Source: Crocosphaera subtropica ATCC 51142 (GTDB lineage: Bacteria; Cyanobacteriota; Cyanobacteriia; Cyanobacteriales; Microcystaceae). From it: a stretch of 32,000 nucleotides of DNA. The position numbers and the translations under genes are program-made. Within the stretch, counting starts at the first letter, position 1. Each line of letters begins with the position of its first letter. Shown here piece after piece: positions 9,988 to 17,765 of the stretch. The notes below the pieces were generated by a model. That model did not search any database. It saw nothing but the letters and a program-made list of their open reading frames with translations, and was not told where the DNA came from. The stretch spans positions 4,350,001-4,382,000 of the forward strand of contig NC_010546.1 in NCBI RefSeq assembly GCF_000017845.1, given 5' to 3'.

Positions 9988-10122
9988 ATGACCTTAAAGT
10001 ATAGTCTCGCTGTTGTTACCGCAGTTAGCTTAACTTCCTTGACAGTCCCTGCTCAAGCTGCCTTAGTTAATATTCCTTATTGCGTTAATTGTTTATCGAT
10101 CGCCTGTCAATGGATTGTATGA
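9988..10122 (+). CDS. Candidate 44-aa secreted Cys-containing peptide precursor
   Basis: Below the ORF-track size cut-off. GAGGAG lies 8 nt upstream of the ATG. The product MTLKYSLAVVTAVSLTSLTVPAQA/ALVNIPYCVNCLSIACQWIV has a Sec-type signal with an AQA-A site and a 20-aa mature part with 3 Cys. Confidence 0.35.
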   Translation: MTLKYSLAVVTAVSLTSLTVPAQAALVNIPYCVNCLSIACQWIV

Positions 10123-10297
10123 AAATAAGACAATATTATCTTTAGATAATCAAGTATCACCTATAGCTTTTACTGATAAAAACATCACAGTTAATGATAT
10201 TTTTAACTGTTAAAAAGCAGAAAAAAATCTTAATTGAAAAAATCACCTAAATTTTGTAGAATTGGTGAATATTTAAGAGGCGGATAAAGGAGAAAAT

Positions 10298-10516
10298 ATG
10301 AATACTCACAAAATAGAAACCACTCTCACAGAAAATGGAAAATTATTGATTGATAATATTCCTTTTAAAAAAGGGGAATCTGTAGAAGTGATTATTATTA
10401 AACAGTCTGCAAAATCTTGTGATTTTAACCAATATCCCTTAGCAGGAAAGGTCATAAAATATGACAAGCCGTTAGAACCTGCGACTAATATTGAAGATTG
10501 GGAAAGTTTAAAATGA
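10298..10516 (+). CDS. Type II antitoxin (VapB-like)
   Basis: 72 aa. Its stop overlaps the ATG of the downstream PIN gene (ATGA at 10513-10516). The C-terminal EDWESL tail is common in cyanobacterial antitoxins. Confidence 0.6.
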   Translation: MNTHKIETTLTENGKLLIDNIPFKKGESVEVIIIKQSAKSCDFNQYPLAGKVIKYDKPLEPATNIEDWESLK

Positions 10517-10902
10517 TTATTTTAGATACCCATATCTGGATTTGGTGGGTTGATAATAATTCAAGGTTAACTCAGAGACAACGAAAATTAATTAATACTT
10601 ATCAGTCTGATAGATTAGGTATTAGTATTATTTCTTGTTGGGAAGTCGCTAAATTAGTAGAAAATAATAGGCTTGTTCTATCTTGTTCTGTGGATGAATG
10701 GTTAAATGGAGCGATCGCTTATCCGGGTGTTCAATTGCTCAATTTAAGTGACCCCATTATTGTAGCATCAACTCAACTAATCAATTTTCATCGAGATCCA
10801 GCCGATCAATTAATTGTTGCTACATCTCAAGTTTATAACTGTCCTTTACTGACAGCAGATAAGAAAATTTTAGCTTATCCTCATGTTCAAACTTTAATCT
10901 AA
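10513..10902 (+). CDS. vapC: PIN-domain toxin, VapC family
   Basis: MIILDTHIWIWW at the N-terminus carries the first acidic PIN residue. DPADQLIVATS and LLTADKKIL are at the C-terminus. I prefer the ATG at 10513 (4-nt overlap) to the track start at 10498. Confidence 0.85.
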   Translation: MIILDTHIWIWWVDNNSRLTQRQRKLINTYQSDRLGISIISCWEVAKLVENNRLVLSCSVDEWLNGAIAYPGVQLLNLSDPIIVASTQLINFHRDPADQLIVATSQVYNCPLLTADKKILAYPHVQTLI

Positions 10903-10920
10903 TTCCAGCAAAATAAAAAA

Positions 10921-10941
10921 GGTGGGCATTGCCCACCCTAC
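10921..10941. repeat. GGTGGGCA..CCCACC hairpin, copy 2 (GTAGGG-prefixed on the minus strand)
   Basis: The sequence is ggtgggcattgcccaccctac. It lies between the vapC stop and the stop of the convergent TPP enzyme gene. Confidence 0.6.
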
Positions 10942-10951
10942 TGTTAAAATG

Positions 10952-12604
10952 TTACTCCCAAATCTGACAACTTAAATCACCTGCTTTTTGAGAGAAACGG
11001 ATATTTTCTTGATAGTCAACGGGACAATCAATGACCGCCGGAACCCCTTGTTCTAAGGCTGTTTTCAAAGTAGGAACTAAGTCATCAGCTGACTCTACTC
11101 GATACCCTTTTAACCCCATACTTTCAGCAAATTTAACAAAATCGGGATTGGTAAACTTAATGAAAGAAGACTGACCAAATTGATTGATTTGCTTCCATTC
11201 AATTAAGCCATAACCATTATCATTGAAAATCAGGGTAACAAAAGGCGTTCCAGCCCGTAAAGCCGTTTCTAACTCTTGACAGTTCATCATAAAACCGCCG
11301 TCCCCTGTCACTGCAACCACCTTTTTATCCGGTGCCACTAACTTAGCTGCGATCGCCCCAGGAATAGCGATTCCCATCGCTGCAAAACCATTAGAAATGA
11401 GACAGGTATTCGGGGTATCGCAATGATAATGACGGGCCATCCACATTTTATGGGCCCCCACATCAGAGATAACAATATCTTCTGGACCCATCACCTGACG
11501 CAGATCGTAGATAATTTTTTGCGGTTTAACGGGAAACCCCTCATCGTGGGCGTATTTTTCGTATTCCCTAACGAGATCACTGCGTAAACCAGCAGCAACA
11601 GAGGTGGACTTTCCTTGGCGATCAGCCCGTTTTAAAATATCCATCAGAGAATCAGAGATATCCCCCACTACTTCCACTAAAGGAATGTAACTGCTGTCAA
11701 TTTCCGCCGGAGTCATGCCAATATGGATAATGGGGGTGGTTCCTTCCGGATTCCATTTTTTGGGAGAATATTCGATTAAATCATACCCCACGGCAATGAC
11801 GAGATCGCTTTGTTCAAAGGCGCAGGTAATTAAATCCCGTTGTTGCAGTCCCACGGTCCACAAAGACAGAGGATGGGTAAACGGGACGGCCCCTTTGCCC
11901 ATAAAGGTGTTAGCCACTGGAATATTTAGGGTGGTGGCAAACTCTGTTAACGCTTCACTAGCGTGGGCGCGAATGGTGCCATTTCCCACTAAAATTAAGG
12001 GATTTTTCGCCTTAGAAATGGCCATGGCTGCTGCGTTCAAACTTCGATAAGACGCGTAGGTTTTTTCCTGGGAGTCCCTAGTGAGAGGCCAACCCTCAAC
12101 CGGTAGGGCTGCAATATTTTCAGGCAAATCAATATGAACGGCCCCTGGTTTTTCACTTTGTGCCAATTTAAAGGCTTTACGGGTGACTTCTGGGGTAATG
12201 CTGGGGCGTACAATTTGTTTGTTCCATTTGGTTACAGGGGCGAACATAGCCACTAAATCAAGATACTGATGGGATTCGATGTGCATCCGATCAGTTCCCA
12301 CCTGCCCCGTAATCGCCACTAAGGGCGCACCATCTAGGTTAGCATCCGCTACTCCTGTCATCAAATTAGTCGCCCCTGGGCCAAGGGTGGATAGACATAC
12401 TCCTGCTTTACCTGTGAGTCGTCCGTATACGTCCGCCATGAAAGCGGCCCCTTGTTCATGACGAGTGGTGATAAATTGAATGGAAGAGTCTTTGAGGGCC
12501 TCAAGGATATGTAAGTTTTCTTCCCCTGGCAAGCCAAAAATATACTCTACCCCTTCATTTTCGAGGCATTTCACCAATAATTCTGCTGTGTTCATTTCCC
12601 CCAT
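10952..12604 (-). CDS. Thiamine-diphosphate enzyme of the acetolactate-synthase family; probable 2-oxoglutarate decarboxylase
   Basis: 550 aa. MNTAELLVKCLENEGVEYIFGLPGEENL at the N-terminus and the TPP-binding GDGGFMMN...NDNGYG motif. The functional call rests on adjacency to an SSADH gene, as in Synechococcus PCC 7002. Confidence 0.7.
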   Translation of the reverse strand: MGEMNTAELLVKCLENEGVEYIFGLPGEENLHILEALKDSSIQFITTRHEQGAAFMADVYGRLTGKAGVCLSTLGPGATNLMTGVADANLDGAPLVAITGQVGTDRMHIESHQYLDLVAMFAPVTKWNKQIVRPSITPEVTRKAFKLAQSEKPGAVHIDLPENIAALPVEGWPLTRDSQEKTYASYRSLNAAAMAISKAKNPLILVGNGTIRAHASEALTEFATTLNIPVANTFMGKGAVPFTHPLSLWTVGLQQRDLITCAFEQSDLVIAVGYDLIEYSPKKWNPEGTTPIIHIGMTPAEIDSSYIPLVEVVGDISDSLMDILKRADRQGKSTSVAAGLRSDLVREYEKYAHDEGFPVKPQKIIYDLRQVMGPEDIVISDVGAHKMWMARHYHCDTPNTCLISNGFAAMGIAIPGAIAAKLVAPDKKVVAVTGDGGFMMNCQELETALRAGTPFVTLIFNDNGYGLIEWKQINQFGQSSFIKFTNPDFVKFAESMGLKGYRVESADDLVPTLKTALEQGVPAVIDCPVDYQENIRFSQKAGDLSCQIWE

Positions 12605-12638
12605 CTGAGTTTTCCCTTATACTGATTAGTCAATAACG

Positions 12639-12675
12639 ACTCCCGAAATTTTGGTTTTTCAACCTTTTCGGGAGT
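12639..12675 (-). terminator. Stable hairpin between the SSADH and decarboxylase genes (possible attenuator or processing site)
   Basis: ACTCCCGAAA (12639-12648) pairs perfectly with TTTCGGGAGT (12666-12675) across a 17 nt loop. There is no clear U-tract. Confidence 0.3.
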
Positions 12676-12754
12676 TTAGTATGGATTATCAAATTCCTCT
12701 TAGTCTAATCTAACGAAAGATCCTTGACAAAAACCACTGTTTATGAACGATTGA

Positions 12755-14122
12755 TCACTTGATCCATACGGTTTTTACATTAAGAAATTCTTGCATTCCT
12801 TCAATGCTTAATTCCCGTCCGTAACCTGATCGCTTAATGCCCCCAAAAGGTAGGCGGGGGTCAGATTTGACCATCCCATTGATAAAGACACATCCAGCTT
12901 CAATGTCTTCAATTAAGCGATCTTGTTCTGCCGAATCATTCGTCCAAGCACTAGCCCCTAATCCAAAGATGGTATCATTAGCTAATTCAATGGCTTGGTC
13001 GATATCCTTAACACGGAAAAGCAAAGCCACCGGACCAAAGAATTCGTCGTAATAACCAGGTGAATCTACAGGAATATCCGTTAAAATAGTCGGCGGATAA
13101 AAGTAACCAGGGCGATCGCTGATTATGTGACCCCCTAATAATATTGTCCCTCCTTTTGTCACCGTTTCTTGAACTTGTTGATTGAGTTCTAATAACATCG
13201 AGGCATTAGCCAAGGGTCCGATGTCGGTGTCTTCTTCCATAGGGTCCCCTACTTTGAGGGCTTTAAATTTTTCTAAGAGTAATGCTTGAAATTCATCGGC
13301 GATGGACTCAGCTAAAATAAAGCGTTTCGCAGCAATACAAGACTGACCATTGTTCAACATCCTAGCAGTGACGGCAGTGGTGGCGGCTGCTTCAATATCG
13401 GCACTTTCTAAGACAATAAATGGATCGCTACCCCCTAATTCTAAAACGGTTTTCTTAATCTGTTTACCGGCTGCTGAGGCTAAACTAGCCCCTGCGGGTT
13501 CGCTTCCTGTTAAAGTAGCAGCCTTAACTCTGGGATCATTGATGATAGATTCAACTTCTGAAGCCCCAATTAAAAAGGTTTGGAAGCAACCAGCCGGAAA
13601 CCCTGCTTCTGCAAGAATGGCTTCAACGGCTAAGGCGCATTGAGGGACGTTAGAGGCGTGTTTGAGAATACCCACATTACCCGCCATTAATGCAGGGGCA
13701 GCAAAGCGAAACACTTGCCACAGGGGAAAATTCCAGGGCATCACGGCTAAAATGACCCCTAAAGGTTGATAACGGATAAAACTACGACTCGCGTCTGTTT
13801 GGGCTTCAACATCTTTGAGAAACTCAGCAGCATTATCTGCATAATAACGACAAACTAAAGCACATTTTTTGGCTTCTGCGATCGCACCTTTGATGGGTTT
13901 GCCCATTTCTAGGGTCATAATTTCCCCTAGTTTTTGTTGATCTCTTTCTAAAATATCAGCCGCCGCCTTTAACCATTGACTCCGTTGTTCGAGGGAAATT
14001 TTGCGATACTGTCTAAAGGTTGTCTCTGCTAAAGCCAGTTTAACCTCAATCTCGTCTACCGTTATGGGTTCAAAGATTTTGACTGTTTCTCCCGTTGCTG
14101 GGTTAACTGTAGCGATACCCAT
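12755..14122 (-). CDS. gabD: NAD(P)-dependent succinate-semialdehyde dehydrogenase (aldehyde dehydrogenase superfamily)
   Basis: 455 aa. ALDH motifs TLELGGSDP and NNGQSCIAAKRF (catalytic Cys) and PFGGIKRSGYGRE. AGGAGG lies upstream of the ATG. Confidence 0.85.
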   Translation of the reverse strand: MGIATVNPATGETVKIFEPITVDEIEVKLALAETTFRQYRKISLEQRSQWLKAAADILERDQQKLGEIMTLEMGKPIKGAIAEAKKCALVCRYYADNAAEFLKDVEAQTDASRSFIRYQPLGVILAVMPWNFPLWQVFRFAAPALMAGNVGILKHASNVPQCALAVEAILAEAGFPAGCFQTFLIGASEVESIINDPRVKAATLTGSEPAGASLASAAGKQIKKTVLELGGSDPFIVLESADIEAAATTAVTARMLNNGQSCIAAKRFILAESIADEFQALLLEKFKALKVGDPMEEDTDIGPLANASMLLELNQQVQETVTKGGTILLGGHIISDRPGYFYPPTILTDIPVDSPGYYDEFFGPVALLFRVKDIDQAIELANDTIFGLGASAWTNDSAEQDRLIEDIEAGCVFINGMVKSDPRLPFGGIKRSGYGRELSIEGMQEFLNVKTVWIK

Positions 14123-14426
14123 TGTGTCCTCCTAAATTCCCCTAAGTGTGTACAATCATAGTGATCCCTTCTTTAGTGTGCTATTGCAACCCTAAAGTTA
14201 AGGGGATTTTTTGGGAATTTTTAACATCTCTTTCTAGATTGACTCTTTATGAAAAGAATAGACTGAAAAATTAATATTTCTCTACATAAGTTTGCTTGTT
14301 GCAACAAACTATCCTCTTTTGGTAGCGCAATAGTATTTATTATTTAAAATATACTTATCTAGTTTCGATAGATTTGACGACGATGACCAATTTTAATAAC
14401 TAAAATAACTATAGCATTTCCCACAG

Positions 14427-15375
14427 TTATGAAGTACAGTAACAGCAATGAGCAAACCAGTTACGAATATCTTTTTGAGTTACTTGTAACATGGCAAAAG
14501 TAAGAGAATCTATTAAATCTTTATAGTTTCTTGCTTTAATTTTTCTTAAAATAGCTTTGACCTTTGACCAAAAGTTTTCAATGGGAGAAAACTCAGGAGA
14601 ATAAGGGGGTAAATACATTAAACTAGCTCCAGCTTCTTCAATAGCCTCTCTGACTATTTCTCCTAAATGAATTTTAGCATTATCCATAACAACACAAGCA
14701 CCTGTCCATAATTTAGGCACTAATTCTGTAACAATAAAAGCTTCAAAAGTCACTCCATTTACTGAACCATAAATATTAGCAAAAGCTAATATTTTTTCTA
14801 AAAATAATGCTCCTATTATCGAGATATTATGCCCTCGCTTTTGTGGCTTTTCCCCCCTAGCTCTTGTTCCTTTTAATGACCTAGCATATAACCTAAGCAT
14901 TGCTAGATTGACTCCTGATTCGTCTATAAAGACTAAGTTTTCTACTCTTATTCCTCTGATAACTTTCCAATACTCTACTCTTTTCTTTAGCACTTTAACA
15001 TTTTCTTTTTCAGGAGCATATAAGGTTTTTTTTAAGAGAATAATTCAGTTTTTGACTTATTCTCCCTATGGTACTTTTTCCAACTTTTACTCCTGTTGCT
15101 TTTTCAAGCAACTCTGATAATTCTTCAAAAGTGGCATCATTATTCTTTTCCATTAGCTCAATTAAGATTATTAATTGTTCGCTATTTAGTTTACAGGGAG
15201 GTCTTCCTCCTTGGGGTAGAGGTCTAATATCTCCAGTTTCTTTATATTTTTTAATTAATTTTTGAATAAAACTTTTCGATACTCCAAAGTGTTGAGCTAG
15301 TTTTCTTATAGAAATTTTCTCTTTTTTCCAAATTTCTATAATCTTATTTCTTAGGTCTATTGAGTAAGGTCTCAT
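14427..15375 (-). CDS. IS630-family transposase in two frames (HTH part 15010-15375, DDE part 14427-14993)
   Basis: The N-terminal part is MRPYSIDLRNKII..., an HTH. The C-terminal part has VFIDESG...VVMDNAKIH...LPPYSPEFSPIE. The frames are joined by a -1 shift on the run A8 (forward T8 at 15026-15033), which gives ...SLKKKTLYAPEKENVKVLKKR... Confidence 0.8.
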
Positions 15376-15382
15376 TTTTTAA

Positions 15383-15414
15383 GCGATCCCGAAGGGATCT
15401 GCTCCGCAGTGCGC
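15383..15414. other. GC-rich hairpin block H1 inside the IS630 leader
   Basis: gcgatcccgaagggatctgctccgcagtgcgc lies between the transposase ATG (15375) and the IS end. The stem is GCGATCCC/GGGATC(t)GC, with a CTGC/GCAG mini-stem. Flanking DNA is strongly AT-rich. Confidence 0.5.
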
Positions 15415-15462
15415 ATAATATAGTTTCTCCCTTAGTGTACCTCATGGGTATGGGAAATGCTA

Positions 15463-15642
15463 TATGTTCTATTTCATTAATATTTGAAATATGTAATACT
15501 AAACCAAATGAAATAAAATCAGAAGCAGTAAACATAGTTATAATTCCTGGTTTAGTTAACAAAGATACAAGTAATCTTAATAAAATTGGAATCAACCCAA
15601 CAATAACAGTATAAATCAACCATTTTATTTTTTTATTTTCCA
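15463..15642 (-). pseudogene. Middle fragment of a 65-codon two-TM ORF disrupted by both IS elements
   Basis: Deleting IS4 (15643-16968 plus one 9-bp duplication) and IS630 (14412-15462 plus one TA) restores ATG(16978)-MENKKIKWLIYTVIVGLIPILLRLLVSLLTKPGIITMFTASDFISFGLVLHISNINEIEHSYFSY-stop(14393). The track ORF 15344-15667 is a chimera of this ORF with IS sequence. Confidence 0.4.
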
Positions 15643-15663
15643 CTGGAGGGCCTACACAGAAAG

Positions 15664-16858
15664 TCAAAAAGCTGATTGAATAATGGTTGCAGCCCTCAGA
15701 CCTCTCGAATAATAAGCGCGTTTGTTAGGAACAAGACGTATCAATTCCTGAACTTCTTCAGCAAAAAATGATAATGAGTTAAGCCAGGAATAGGCTTTCA
15801 ATCCGATAGAAAAACTACTATTTCTCTTATAACGACGCTTTGATTCAGATGGACGACTAACATAATTAGCGACTCCTTTTCTTAGGATTAGACTTCCTTG
15901 AAAAGTTGCCATTGAATAAGCTAGAGTTCCTAATAAGATTAGAGCGATTAATCTGTCTCCAGTTACTTGAGTTCCTTCTATATTATAACCCCCTAATTTG
16001 AAATCTCTAAACATTTCTTCAATGCCCATTCTATATGAGTAAGCTGCAGTTGCTGCTGATAAACTCTCTAAATTAGTTAAAATATACCAGGGTTCTTTTT
16101 GTGCTTTTTTTCGATAATTTCGTGACCATTTGGTTGCTAAATTTACTCCACTAAATCCTTTAGTCTTGGTGACTTTTACCCCCTGATAATATAGAGAAGA
16201 ACCTGGAGTTAATCCTAAATCTTTTAACTGAAACCAAATCTGCTCTTCTAACTCGACATATTCATGTTTTTTAAGTCGAACAGAGAAGTAGGTTTTCCTT
16301 TCACAAAGCCATCTAGCTAAATCCACATTACAAAATTCACGGACATCTCACGGTGGCGAATTCGATTCGCCACCCGTGTCCTCCTCTATCTCCTAAGACC
16401 ACTAATTTATAATCTTTTAGCAAGGAAATCACAGGCTCTAAGACTTCTTTTTGAGCTATTAAATTACTATTTCCTTTCTTGGGAAGCAACTTGAAATATA
16501 GAGGGATAGCTCTTCTGTGATATACTAAACTCACCATCAAAAGATTAATCTCTCGCCATTGACTTCTATCAATCACTAAAAATAAACATTCTTGGGGTTG
16601 GTATTGATTCTGTATCCATTCTAAAATAATCGGAAACCAGAGTTGTTTAATATTTAACTGTTTCAACGATAAAAATCTTTGTATTTTCTTGATACGACTT
16701 TTTTCTTTTATGGGACTAGGGAATTGAAAAGCAAGGTTTTCTAATCTTATCCATCGATGTTCTTGAATGAGATTAATGAGGATTGAAAGAATTAAAAACT
16801 GCACACAGTTCAACTGTTTTTTGAGATGCTTGCTGTATAATTGGGGCAATTGAATCAT
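15664..16858 (-). pseudogene. IS4-family DDE transposase split by a 46-nt insertion
   Basis: Track ORFs 16337-16858 and 15664-16326 are the two halves. Removing 16339-16384 restores ...YKLVVLGDREFCNVDLARWL... in one frame. Confidence 0.8.
16339..16384. other. GC-rich hairpin micro-insertion H2 (46 nt) in the IS4 transposase gene
   Basis: On the minus strand it reads ggaggaCACGGgTGGCGAATcgaATTCGCCACCGTGagatgtccgt. This is a 13-bp stem with one bulged G and a 3-nt loop, very GC-rich within an AT-rich gene. Confidence 0.75.
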
Positions 16859-17100
16859 TTTTTTTCAATAAATAATACTTATTGAGAACCCTGTCTCATG
16901 TCGGCAGCGTTTTTCCTTCTCAATCCCTGATTATATATGGCTTCTGACTATTAGTGTAGTCCCTCCAGTATTTTCCATTATTCTTTGCTTTATCTTAAAA
17001 ATAATCAGAAATTAGCTAGGCAAAAAATCTAAACTTATCTTAAAATATCATAATAATGAAAATTTTGCGCACCCTACGTAATTAATCGGACAACATATTA

Positions 17101-17745
17101 TTATTTAACAAAAGAAAATAGTTGATCACAATTTAATTGAAGACTAGGAAATAATTTAGACTCAATCATATCTCCTCGACGTAACAAAATTTTTTGATAT
17201 TCATCATTAACTAACTGACAAATTGTTATAGTCGGTTGTTTAGGACTCCCAATATAATATTTTCCTCCAATTCCTAAATAATCAACAATCCAATATTCAG
17301 GAATTTTTAAAGACTCGTAATCTTCATATTTACGCGCATAATCATTTTGCCAGTTATTACTAACAACTTCTACCACTAATTTAATCGTTGTTCCTAAGGT
17401 AATGACAGGTTCACGACTCCAAAGGGGTTCATTTTTTAAAGCATTTTCATCAAGAATAATAACGTCAGGACGAAAAGCACTAATAGAACTTAAGGGTTGA
17501 ATTAAACAACGATGAGGAATAAAATAAGGTAGATTATAACGATCAATTTCAACATTGAACTTTCGACTCAAGAAAGCTGCGACTTGTTCATGGGTTCCGG
17601 TCGGTTCCATATCAACTAATTCCCCATCAATCAGTTCATAACGTTCATTATCTCCATATTGACTAATAAATTCATTAACATTGATTCCAGTAATAGTTGG
17701 CGATCGCATAATTAATTCCATTAATAATAATCTGTTTATATACAA
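17101..17745 (-). CDS. Uma2-family (DUF820) PD-(D/E)xK endonuclease
   Basis: 214 aa. YELIDGELVDMEPTGTHEQV, RPDVIIL, VVEVVSNNW and EYWIVD follow the Uma2 pattern. It contains a HIP1 site (17700-17707). The true start is probably an internal Met. Confidence 0.8.
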   Translation of the reverse strand: MYINRLLLMELIMRSPTITGINVNEFISQYGDNERYELIDGELVDMEPTGTHEQVAAFLSRKFNVEIDRYNLPYFIPHRCLIQPLSSISAFRPDVIILDENALKNEPLWSREPVITLGTTIKLVVEVVSNNWQNDYARKYEDYESLKIPEYWIVDYLGIGGKYYIGSPKQPTITICQLVNDEYQKILLRRGDMIESKLFPSLQLNCDQLFSFVK

Positions 17746-17765
17746 TAGATAAATCTAATTTTAAT

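Larger units (their letters stand above)
14412..15462 (-). mobile_element. IS630-family insertion sequence (ISY100-like) with TA target duplication
   Basis: Imperfect ~33 bp terminal inverted repeats start TAGCATTTCCCA (14412-) and end TGGGAAATGCTA (-15462). TA lies on both sides (14410-11 and 15463-64). Confidence 0.8.
15643..16968 (-). mobile_element. IS4-family insertion sequence (ISY203/IS4Sa-like) with 9-bp target duplication
   Basis: The terminal inverted repeats are CTGGAGGGCCTACAC (15643-15657) and GTGTAGTCCCTCCAG (16954-16968). A perfect direct repeat TATTTTCCA flanks the element at 15634-15642 and 16969-16977. Confidence 0.85.

Noticed and set aside
10498-10512. Upstream alternative start for vapC given by the ORF track (MGKFKMII...).
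   Set aside because: The ATG at 10513 gives the canonical MIILDTHIW PIN N-terminus and the classic ATGA stop/start overlap with the antitoxin. The five extra codons lie inside the antitoxin coding sequence.
15344-15667. 107-aa ORF (plus the antisense ORFs 15360-15614, 14908-15117 and 15068-15265).
   Set aside because: It is a chimera. Its first codons come from the IS4 terminal repeat, its middle is the disrupted small two-TM ORF, and its end reads through the IS630 inverted repeat and leader. I reinterpreted it as a fragment of the reconstructed 65-codon ORF.
16356-16375. The H2 hairpin core GGTGGCGAATTCGATTCGCCACC contains an EcoRI site and could be a cloning-linker or assembly artefact.
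   Set aside because: Not adopted as the main explanation. Three different GC hairpins occur in three IS elements, and one is exactly in frame. None matches a linker I recognise. It remains an explicit alternative to test against raw reads.
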